A DNA stretch of 61,893 nt from Burkholderiales bacterium (lineage in GTDB: Bacteria > Pseudomonadota > Gammaproteobacteria > Burkholderiales > SG8-41): positions 1 through 61,893 of the forward strand of contig JBIOVQ010000087.1 in the NCBI GenBank assembly GCA_044867805.1. The letters run 5' to 3'. The notes beneath the pieces are model-generated. The model worked only from the letters and a program-made list of their open reading frames with translations, was not told the origin of the DNA and made no database searches. Shown in pieces: positions 54,467 to 61,893 of this stretch. A program made the translations under genes and the position numbers. Positions within the stretch are counted from its first letter, which is position 1, and each line of letters starts with the position of its first letter.

Positions 54467-55513
54467 ATGGCAGAGATACTGGGCATAGGGGCCACGCACT
54501 ATCCGCCGGGGCTGGTCCCCGAGGAGCTGAAGCCCTGGCCGCTGGCGCGCATGCTGCACAGCGATCCGCGCATTCCCGAGCGCATGCGGAATCCCGCCAA
54601 CTGGCCCGAGCCGCTGCGCCTCGAATGGGGCGACGACGAGGGCATCACTGCTCATCGCACGCACAAGTCGCGCATCTTCAGCGCCTTCCGCAGGATCCGC
54701 GAGGAGATCGACGCCTTCCGGCCCGATTTCATCCTCATGTGGGGCGACGACCAGTACGAGAACTTCAAGGAAGACATCATCCCGCCGTTCTGCGTGCTCG
54801 CCTACGAGCGGCTCGATTTCAAGCCGTTCGAGCGGCTGCGCGGGCGGCCGAATATCTGGGGCGAGCCCGCCGACAAGGTCTTTTCCCACCCCGGGCACCA
54901 CCAGGCCGGGCGCTGGATCGCGAGGCGGTTGCTCGAGGACGGCATCGACATGTCCTACGCCTACAAGCCCCTGCACCAGGACGGCCTCGGCCACGCCTTC
55001 GCCAATACGCTCCTCTATCTCGACCTCGACCGCACGGGATTCAGCATCCCGGTCGTGCCGGTGGCGGTGAACTGCTACGGCAGCTCGGTGATCCGCTTCC
55101 GGGGCGGCAGCGCCGACCACACCCAGGAGCCGGATCCGCCTTCGCCGTCGCCGCGCCGCTGTTTCGAGATGGGGCAGGCGACCGCGCGCGCGCTGAAGGC
55201 GAGCCCGTGGCGGGTCGTGATCATGGCGTCGTCGAGCTGGTCGCACGGCTTCCTGACCGAGAAGAACCACTGGATGTACCCGGACCTGGACGCGGATCGC
55301 GCGCTGCTCGAGCACCTGCGCCGGGGCAACTACGCCGCCTGGCGCGACACGCCGCTCGCGCAGATGGAAGCGGCCGGCCAGCAGGAAGTGCTCAACTGGA
55401 CCTGCCTTGCCGGCGCCATGTCCGAGCTCGGCTACAAGGCCGACATCCTCGACTGGGTCGAGACTTGGGCCTTCAACGCGCCGAAGTGCCTGGCCGTGTT
55501 CAAGGCCGCGTGA
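54467..55513 (+). CDS. possible LigB-superfamily (class III extradiol dioxygenase-like) protein
   Basis: RBS GGAGG precedes ATG 54467. The assignment from AEILGIGATHYPPG and MWGDDQYENF patterns is tentative. Confidence 0.4.
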   Translation: MAEILGIGATHYPPGLVPEELKPWPLARMLHSDPRIPERMRNPANWPEPLRLEWGDDEGITAHRTHKSRIFSAFRRIREEIDAFRPDFILMWGDDQYENFKEDIIPPFCVLAYERLDFKPFERLRGRPNIWGEPADKVFSHPGHHQAGRWIARRLLEDGIDMSYAYKPLHQDGLGHAFANTLLYLDLDRTGFSIPVVPVAVNCYGSSVIRFRGGSADHTQEPDPPSPSPRRCFEMGQATARALKASPWRVVIMASSSWSHGFLTEKNHWMYPDLDADRALLEHLRRGNYAAWRDTPLAQMEAAGQQEVLNWTCLAGAMSELGYKADILDWVETWAFNAPKCLAVFKAA

Positions 55514-55593
55514 CCCAGCGACCCGCGACCGGGAAAAGTATCACCGCATCGTAACGTCCCGCGCCGCTGCCTGCAGGACGCGGCGTGCACCCC

Positions 55594-56589
55594 ATGACGA
55601 TCCGCATCGCCGCGATCGAAGTCGGCCACTGGCACTCGCTGTTCGACGCCGCCTACCTCAAGACGCTCGCGAGGATACCGGAGGCGCGGCTGGTCGGCGT
55701 CCAGGATCCCGACGCGGCGCTGGCCGCCGCGCGCGCCGCGGCGTTGGGCGGTCCGCCCGTGTTCACCGACTTCCGCGAAATGCTCGCACGCACCCGGCCC
55801 GATTTCGTCGTCGCGCTGGGCCGGCCGAGCGCAATGGCCGGGATCGCCCATTATCTGCTCGACGAGGGTTACCCGTTCCTGATGGAAAAGCCGATGGGTC
55901 TCGACGCGGGCGAGGTGCGCGGCATCGCGGACAAAGCGACGGCGCGAAAGGCGTTCGCCGCCGTGCCGCTGTTCCAGCGTCACCACCCGTTCGTTGCCCA
56001 CGCGCGGCGCATGCTGGCTGACGGCGCCTTCGGCCCGGTATCGCATTTTCATTTCCGCTCGAATCGCGGCAGCTCGGCGCGCTACGTCTCGTGGGGCTCG
56101 CCGTGGATGCTCGACCCCAGGATCGCGGGCGGCGGCTGCCTGCGCAACATCGGCCTGCACGGCATCGATCTCTTTCTTCACCTCACGGGCGAGGATGCCG
56201 AGCCCGCCGCGGCGCAGCTCAGCTCGCGCGCGCTCGGCCAGCCCGTCGAGGACTACGCGGCAGTGCTCCTGCGCACGCCGCAAGGCGTGGTCGGCACGAT
56301 CGAGGTCGGCAACCTCTTCCCCGGCCAGGGCGCGGACGGAGAGTGGAAGCTCGCGGGGCGCGACGCGCTGCTCGTGCAGCAGGATGGAACCGTGCGCTGC
56401 ACGACCGCCGCCGGCGAGCACCGGCTCGCGGAGCCGCCCGCCGAGCCGCTTGCGGCCGTCGCCTTGCGCGACGCGCTGGCGCGCTGGCAGCGCGGCGAGC
56501 CGCCCGCCGCGGGGCCGGAGGACTGCTATCGGGCGATGCGCGTCGTGGACCGCGCCTACGAGCTCGCGCGGGGCTCGCGCTCCGCGTGA
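55594..56589 (+). CDS. Gfo/Idh/MocA family oxidoreductase
   Basis: IRIAAIEVGHWH and LMEKPMG, with typical length. ATG 55594 or GTG 55585. Confidence 0.8.
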   Translation: MTIRIAAIEVGHWHSLFDAAYLKTLARIPEARLVGVQDPDAALAAARAAALGGPPVFTDFREMLARTRPDFVVALGRPSAMAGIAHYLLDEGYPFLMEKPMGLDAGEVRGIADKATARKAFAAVPLFQRHHPFVAHARRMLADGAFGPVSHFHFRSNRGSSARYVSWGSPWMLDPRIAGGGCLRNIGLHGIDLFLHLTGEDAEPAAAQLSSRALGQPVEDYAAVLLRTPQGVVGTIEVGNLFPGQGADGEWKLAGRDALLVQQDGTVRCTTAAGEHRLAEPPAEPLAAVALRDALARWQRGEPPAAGPEDCYRAMRVVDRAYELARGSRSA

Positions 56590-56649
56590 AGGATGAAGGC
56601 GGAGGGTGAGCGGGGAATTCGAAAAATGTGCCTGCGCACATTCGAGGAA

Positions 56650-56950
56650 ACGGTAAGCCGCTGGCCGGGTCCTGTCGGAACAGCCGGCACATGCTCCCGA
56701 TTCTGCCCGTGCGTTTGTGCAACGATTCTAGGTTCCCGTGCAAGGGTCGGGTCCTGTCAGGCCGGTCGCGATCCTCTCCGGATTTCCCGGCGCTTGTGGT
56801 CAATAGACTTGGCCGTCGCGTTATCTGGAGTCAGTACCAGACCGGGAGAATCGGATCAGCCACCGGCCATTCCGCCACCCGGCCGCGGGTGAAGCCGTGC
56901 GTCTCTTTGGAATGGGCCCACTAAGACCGCCCCCACCGCCCGCCCTGTTT
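56650..56950. repeat. left arm of long imperfect inverted repeat
   Basis: The core at 56817-56890 matches the reverse complement of 57753-57826 at 69 of 74 positions by manual alignment. Weaker homology extends outward (GGCCGGGTCCTGTCGGAAC...CCCGATTCT, present twice in this arm) and inward (GGAATGG...CCCCACCGCCC). Confidence 0.8.
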
Positions 56951-57116
56951 CGTTTATGCACAGCGCGCGCTTCTTGGCTACCAAGACCGTCATTTTTCGG
57001 ACTTATTGGGCCTAGACTGTTGGCGCGTTTGGGATTTGGCCGTTTGCAGCCGCAGATGACGGAATACAATCCACCTTTTCGGAACACTAATACCAGTTAG
57101 TTGGCAAGAAAACACT

Positions 57117-57503
57117 GTGACTCTGAAGGAACGCCATAAAGTAGCGCTCTGGAAGAAGGCACGCCGTGGCTTCTCTGGGTACCCCGTAGCGACCGTCGCG
57201 TTCTATGGGCCCGATGACAAGGTGGCGACGAAAGTTAGCGTTGGAATCGTTCGTGCCGAAGGAGAAGAACCCGTTGCGCTTGAGCGGTGGTTTTCCGATG
57301 CTGCCGATGTGAGGAACGACCACATCATCATCGAAAAGGTCCTGAATTTTGTTCGAGCACACGAAGCGAAGAGCGTTGCAATGGTGGATCGCGTAATTGG
57401 CTGTCCTCACGAGGAGGGAGTGGACTACCCCGAGGGCTCGAAGTGTCCACGCTGTCCGTTCTGGGCCCATCGCGATCGCTGGACTGGTGAGGCCATTCAT
57501 TGA
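57117..57503 (+). CDS. hypothetical protein with C-terminal CxH...CPxCP zinc-ribbon-like motif
   Basis: GTG start. GFSGYPVATVAFYGPDDKVATKV and IGCPHEEGVDYPEGSKCPRCPFW. It is the only credible ORF inside the inverted-repeat cassette and lies in lower-GC DNA. Confidence 0.55.
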   Translation: MTLKERHKVALWKKARRGFSGYPVATVAFYGPDDKVATKVSVGIVRAEGEEPVALERWFSDAADVRNDHIIIEKVLNFVRAHEAKSVAMVDRVIGCPHEEGVDYPEGSKCPRCPFWAHRDRWTGEAIH

Positions 57504-57639
57504 GGAACTTGCCAACTAACCCCGCGTTCGAAAATGACGCTCCGCGAGCGTCGCTCGCACGCGGATTTCAACGCGAACGTTAGCGTCGAATCACGGCTTG
57601 GGTTCGTAACCGGACTCTCGCATCCGATCTTTTGATCCA

Positions 57640-57905
57640 GACGCGCAGAACGATGTGCTTCAGCAGGAAGGGAGGCGGGGGCGGGGCGGTGGGGCCTCCC
57701 TCTAAAAAAGAGTCGGCGGCCATTCCGAGAGAATCCGAACGCCGGAGTCTCGACCCGCGCCCGGGTGGCGGAATGGCCGGTGGCTGATCCGATTCTCCGA
57801 GGCTGGTACTGACTCGAGATAACGCGATGTCCAAGTGATGGCCCGAATGCGCCCCGGAGAATCGGGAAGACGCCGGCCGTTCCGACAGGACCCGGCCGCG
57901 GCCCC
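57640..57905. repeat. right arm of long imperfect inverted repeat
   Basis: Reverse complement of the left arm (see 56650-56950). The two arms bracket about 690 bp of lower-GC DNA containing ORF 57117-57503. Confidence 0.8.
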
Positions 57906-58041
57906 GCTGTCCGCTTCCCGTGTTAATTCACAGATGCGAAAAGGTTCCTGACACCTTTTCCGGCGCTCACAGAGTAAAGAAAAAGCTTCACCGCGAAGGA
58001 ACGGTAGAGTTTTGACGCTTCCCTGGCGAGACCGGCGCGGC

Positions 58042-60027
58042 TTATAGACCCGCGCCGCGAGCCTCTCCCTTCGCGTCGTTCGTCGAGGCGGCCCACGAGT
58101 GAAGCAGGTCCCACAGCCGGCCCGCGCGCGCGACGATCGCCTCGACGTCTTCGGCCAGCACGTGGCGCGCGGCGACCAGCTTCTGCGTCGCTTCGCGCAC
58201 CCGCTCGAGGTACGCCGCCCGCGACGGGTAGCGCTCGGCGATGGAGGCGCGCGGATCGCCGCTGTGCTCGCGCTCGGCGCGGGTTAAAGGGAACGCCAGC
58301 GTCGAGCCCATCATGGACATGAGGTCGCCCGGCGCGCCCTGGTCCGGGTGGCGCGGATTCCAGCCCGTGTAGGTCGCGAGCGGCACGAGGAGTTCGGCCG
58401 GCCGGATGCCCGCGATCTCGTTGCCGTCCGCGTCCACGGCCGGGACGTACGTCCGGTAGGGCGCCCCGGCTTTGGCCGGATAGGCGGGGATGCCGCGGTC
58501 CATGCCGGGTCCGAAGTCGAGCGGGGCGGGGCGGTGAATGCGATCGGGGAAACGCACCCCGGGAAGCCCGGAAAAGAAGGAGGCCTTGGCCTCGGCCGCT
58601 ATCGCCGTGCCGTCGGACAGACGCGGAAAAGCGCTGGCGGGCGGCTCGACGCCCTCGCTCACCCAGCGGTCCAGGTTGACGAGCGCGGCGCGCAGCAGCG
58701 GCGCGTAGTCCACCACGTTGAAGCGCTGCAGGCCGCGGCTGCCGGTGTTGGGATCTTCCGCCGGCGGCGGCAGCCCGCCGGGCGTGTGCTGCGTGCCCGC
58801 GAACAGGTAGGTGCGCATGACATCCGGTGGCTCGATATCGCAGCGCCCATCTGTATCGGTGTGAATGAGCGACGCATCGCCGCGCCAGTATTCGGCGGAT
58901 GTGTTGATGGCGAAGATGCGCGGCACGCGTCCGCGCTTGCGGATCCGGGCGAGCTGCTCGCCGTCGCTGAACGGCGGAAGACTGCCGGCCGCCTCCACGG
59001 CATTCAGCGAGGGCTGGCCGAAGCGCAGGTTGAATTCGCCCCGCCGGGCGCCGGCGACGTGCGGGATGACCGCGTCGAATACGATGCGCCCCTGCTCGTC
59101 CTCGTCGAGGCCCAGGTGCAGCAGATGGCGCAGGAAACGCCCGCTCTGGGAGACGCCGAAGAGGCAGGCTCGCTCGAGCGCGCCCGCGCATGGATTGCCG
59201 CTTGCGGCGGGCGCCCAGCGCAGCCAGGCGGCGGTGTCGCGCACGGCAAGGAACCCGAGGCCCACCAGCGGCGGGTCGGCGGAGCGGTAGACGATGTCGT
59301 AGATCGCGCCGGGCGTGAAACCGCCCTTCAGCTCGATGTGGCCGGGATCGGGGAAGCGCCACGCTGAACGCGGCAGCTCGACGGTGGGCGCGGCGGCGTG
59401 CTCGCGCACGGTGACCCGCGCCTCGGAGTCCGCCAGGTCGAGCGCCGGATAGGGAATGTGATAGCGATCGGCGAGCGGCAGCTTCTCGACGCGGTTGTTG
59501 GGCCGCAGCTCGCAGCGGACGAAACCGGTGACGCCCCGCGCGCGCGGCGCATCCAGCGCCATGAGGCCGTCGCGACGCGGCACGTCGTGCTGCCAGCCGA
59601 CCCACGCGACCGTGTAGCCGTGGCGCATCAGGAAGCCGTTGCCGAAATCCGCCGGGGTCGAGGGATCCGGCGCGCGCGGCGTGCTGTTGAACATCCCGAG
59701 CGCGACCTTGCGCCCGCGGTTGGCGACGTCGAGCAGCAGCCGGCGGTTGCCCTTGCGCATGTCGACCGGCTTGAGCAGGTAGAAATCCCCGGAAAACTCG
59801 ACGCGCCCGGCCGCGTTGCGGGGCGCGAGCCCGATGTCGGTGATGGCGCGATGCAGGGGATGGTCGGGATCGGCGGAAAAGCGGATCGTCCCGGCGATCT
59901 TCTCGTAGGCGCCGGCCGCGCCGAACGGCTGGCCGCCGAGGACCGTCGCGCGCGTGCTTACTTCGAGGCCCGTCACGGCGGCGCTGCGCCCGGTCCGCTG
60001 CTGCTTCGCGACTCGGGTATCGGGCAT
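58042..60027 (-). CDS. hypothetical protein, possibly alpha/beta-hydrolase-domain family
   Basis: RBS GGAGGGGG precedes ATG 60027. 661 aa. FGNGFLMRHGYTVAWVGWQHD and GVSQSGRFLRHLL (a GxSxG-like elbow) suggest a hydrolase fold. The family assignment is tentative. Confidence 0.5.
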   Translation of the reverse strand: MPDTRVAKQQRTGRSAAVTGLEVSTRATVLGGQPFGAAGAYEKIAGTIRFSADPDHPLHRAITDIGLAPRNAAGRVEFSGDFYLLKPVDMRKGNRRLLLDVANRGRKVALGMFNSTPRAPDPSTPADFGNGFLMRHGYTVAWVGWQHDVPRRDGLMALDAPRARGVTGFVRCELRPNNRVEKLPLADRYHIPYPALDLADSEARVTVREHAAAPTVELPRSAWRFPDPGHIELKGGFTPGAIYDIVYRSADPPLVGLGFLAVRDTAAWLRWAPAASGNPCAGALERACLFGVSQSGRFLRHLLHLGLDEDEQGRIVFDAVIPHVAGARRGEFNLRFGQPSLNAVEAAGSLPPFSDGEQLARIRKRGRVPRIFAINTSAEYWRGDASLIHTDTDGRCDIEPPDVMRTYLFAGTQHTPGGLPPPAEDPNTGSRGLQRFNVVDYAPLLRAALVNLDRWVSEGVEPPASAFPRLSDGTAIAAEAKASFFSGLPGVRFPDRIHRPAPLDFGPGMDRGIPAYPAKAGAPYRTYVPAVDADGNEIAGIRPAELLVPLATYTGWNPRHPDQGAPGDLMSMMGSTLAFPLTRAEREHSGDPRASIAERYPSRAAYLERVREATQKLVAARHVLAEDVEAIVARAGRLWDLLHSWAASTNDAKGEARGAGL

Positions 60028-60166
60028 GACCCCCTCCAAACCTCCCCCTTGGCGAAGGGGGAGGAGTAATTGTAGTCCGGCGCCCGATCAAGGGTTCGCG
60101 CAATGCGGACTAGAATAGAGGAGGGGAGGAGTCCATTTCTGTCTTCGATCTTGAGGTAGTACCGAC

Positions 60167-60742
60167 ATGAAAGCCGCGCTGATTGTTTTCGACCGCATGA
60201 CCTACCTGGACTTCGTCGGGTTCTACGATCCGCTGACCCGGCTGAAATCCCTGAACATCCTGCCGGATTTCGAGTGGCGGATCTGCTCGAACCGGAAGCA
60301 GGTCGCCGATGACCGCAGAATACCGGGGATGACGATGATCGCGGAGTCGGTCCTGGAGCCGCTGGATCGCTACGACCTGCTGTTCGTGCCCGGCGGCATG
60401 GGTACCCGGGAGCTGCAGCATGACCGCGAATTCATAGATTGGCTGAAGACCGCCGCGCCGGTAAAGCCGAAGATCAGCGTCTGCACCGGCGCGCTCCTGC
60501 TGGGGGCCGCGGGTTTCCTGCGGGGCAAGCGGGCGACGACCCACCCCTCGGCCCTGAAGGACCTCGAGCCGTATTGCGACAAGGTCCTCACCGATCGCAT
60601 CGTCGACGAAGGCGACGTGGTCACCGGCGGCGGCGTGTCCGCGTCCATCGACCTCGGGTTGCACATCGTGGAGCGCCTCGCCGGCCCGGAAGCGCGGGCG
60701 CGCGCCGCCAAGCAGATGTGCTATCCGTATCAATGGAGATGA
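60167..60742 (+). CDS. DJ-1/PfpI family protein
   Basis: LLFVPGGMG, ISVCTGALLLGAAGFLRGKRATTHP (nucleophile-elbow Cys) and TGGGVSASIDLGL. Confidence 0.85.
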   Translation: MKAALIVFDRMTYLDFVGFYDPLTRLKSLNILPDFEWRICSNRKQVADDRRIPGMTMIAESVLEPLDRYDLLFVPGGMGTRELQHDREFIDWLKTAAPVKPKISVCTGALLLGAAGFLRGKRATTHPSALKDLEPYCDKVLTDRIVDEGDVVTGGGVSASIDLGLHIVERLAGPEARARAAKQMCYPYQWR

Positions 60743-61893
60743 CAGCTCCCGCAGTCGCTGTGGATATCGAAGTTCTCGTCGTGGGCGCCGGTCCGACCGG
60801 GCTGATGCTTGCCAATCAGCTCGTGCGGCGCGGCGTGCGCCCCATGATCATCGACCGGCATTCCGGGCCGGCACAGCAATCGCGGGCGCTCGGCGTTCAG
60901 GCGCGCACGCTGGAAATCTATTCGAAGCTCGGCATCGTCGAGCGAGCGCTCGAGCTCGGCAAGCGCGGCACCGGCGCCAACATCTGGGCGCAGGGGCGCA
61001 AGATGGCGCGCGTTCCCCTCGGCGAGGCAGGGCGGAGCGCCACCCCGTACCCATTCATCCTCATCCTCGGCCAGGACGACAACGAGCTCATCATGGGCGA
61101 GAAGCTGCGCGACCAGGGTCTGTCCGTGCAGTGGAATACGGAGCTCACCGCGCTCGACCAGTCGCCCGGCCACGCCACGGCCACGATCAGGCAGCCGGAC
61201 GGGAAAAGCCGGCAGATCAGCGCGGCATGGGTCGCCGGTTGCGACGGGGCGCGCAGCGCGGTGCGCGAGCTCTCCGGCATCACGTTCCCGGGAGCACCCT
61301 ACGAGCACGTGTTCTTCGTCGCGGACACGGCAGCGACGGGTGGCATGGTGCCGGACGAGGTCAACGTGTACCTGTGGCGCCAGGGTTTCCACCTGTTCTT
61401 CCCGATGCGCGGCAAGGATCACTGGCGCGTCGTCGGCATCCTGCCGCCGGAGTTGCGGGGGAGGGAGGACGTCGGCTTCGAGGCGGTCGTGCCTTCGGTG
61501 CGCCACGAGGCGGGGTCCGCGCTGTCTTTCAAGTCGTGCAGCTGGTTCTCGACCTACCGCATCCATCACCGGGCCGCGGAGCGATTCCGCGACCGCCGCT
61601 GCTTCCTGCTCGGCGACGCGGCGCACATCCACAGCCCGGTCGGCGCGCAGGGCATGAATACCGGCCTGCAGGACGCCTACAACCTGGCATGGAAGCTTGC
61701 GCTTGTCGTCCAGGGCCGGGCGGCCCCGGAGCTGCTCGATACGTATGAGGAAGAGCGCATCCCGGTCGCCCGGCGGCTGCTGCAAACGACCGACCGGGCG
61801 TTCATGGTAGTCGTTTCCGACAGCTGGCTCGCGGGCCTGTTCCGCACGCGGATCCTCGCGCGGATCCTCGCCGTGGCAATGACCATCGAGCGG
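60733..61893 (+). CDS. FAD-dependent aromatic-ring monooxygenase (partial, runs off window end)
   Basis: Manual translation from ATG 60733 gives MEMTAPAVAVDIEVLVVGAGPTGLMLANQL (GxGxxG), GCDGARSAVR and FLLGDAAHIHSPVGAQGMNTGLQDAYNLAWKL. It is open to the last base. It is absent from the ORF track because it has no stop; the listed antisense ORF 60730-61785 is spurious. Confidence 0.85.
   Translation, partial: MEMTAPAVAVDIEVLVVGAGPTGLMLANQLVRRGVRPMIIDRHSGPAQQSRALGVQARTLEIYSKLGIVERALELGKRGTGANIWAQGRKMARVPLGEAGRSATPYPFILILGQDDNELIMGEKLRDQGLSVQWNTELTALDQSPGHATATIRQPDGKSRQISAAWVAGCDGARSAVRELSGITFPGAPYEHVFFVADTAATGGMVPDEVNVYLWRQGFHLFFPMRGKDHWRVVGILPPELRGREDVGFEAVVPSVRHEAGSALSFKSCSWFSTYRIHHRAAERFRDRRCFLLGDAAHIHSPVGAQGMNTGLQDAYNLAWKLALVVQGRAAPELLDTYEEERIPVARRLLQTTDRAFMVVVSDSWLAGLFRTRILARILAVAMTIER

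Noticed and set aside
56817-56890. Conserved core of the long inverted repeat as a tRNA-like or other known small RNA (SRP, RNase P, tmRNA fragments)
   Set aside because: I could not draw a cloverleaf (no T-loop GTTCRANNC, no D-loop GG context) and found no match to consensus motifs of those RNAs from memory. It is left as an unclassified repeat.
57096-57520. The 13-bp inverted repeat GTTAGTTGGCAAG / CTTGCCAACTAAC as integron attC core sites (GTTRRRY / RYYYAAC)
   Set aside because: GTTAGTT and AACTAAC each break the consensus at one or more positions. No intI integrase or attI site is present, and there is no cassette array.

Overview
Visibly GC-rich bacterial chromosomal window (about two-thirds G+C by eye, not computed). 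I recognised no rRNA, tRNA, CRISPR array, transposase, integrase or phage genes. About 62 protein genes are supportable. All family calls come from motifs read by eye in the ORF translations; no database search was run. Most are accessory-metabolism and envelope genes: three orphan Bug/TctC-type binding proteins, three Gfo/Idh/MocA oxidoreductases, several cupins, TauD, amidohydrolase, VOC, dienelactone hydrolase, RidA, YciI, a mitochondrial-type aconitase, and a five-gene peptide/nickel-type ABC importer. Many long ORFs in the supplied track are GC-driven antisense artefacts. Several true starts lie well inside the listed ORFs. One real gene, an FAD monooxygenase at 60733 to the window end, is missing from the track because it has no stop. 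Two tightly coupled operons of mostly uncharacterised genes stand out. The first is a seven-gene minus-strand MoxR / DUF58 / BatA-VWA / VWA-GATase-like cluster (43130-54042) led by three unassignable membrane proteins; its DUF58 gene has no canonical start codon. The second is a five-gene plus-strand cluster (32245-36971): zinc-ribbon/GIDE/EF-hand protein, DUF3617, a Cys-rich coiled-coil secreted protein, DUF3592, and a double-DUF3592 membrane protein. The most unusual property is non-coding. Almost every intergenic spacer is built from phase-locked 7-nt (sometimes 14- or 15-nt) tandem repeats of many sequence families, often as inverted pairs. Several longer repeat or MITE-like elements are also present. 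A roughly 1.25 kb lower-GC cassette (56650-57905) has about 260-300 bp imperfect inverted-repeat arms plus a nested perfect 13-bp inverted repeat around one small zinc-ribbon ORF. A 27-bp AT-rich inverted repeat pair brackets the divergent promoter region upstream of the MoxR operon.
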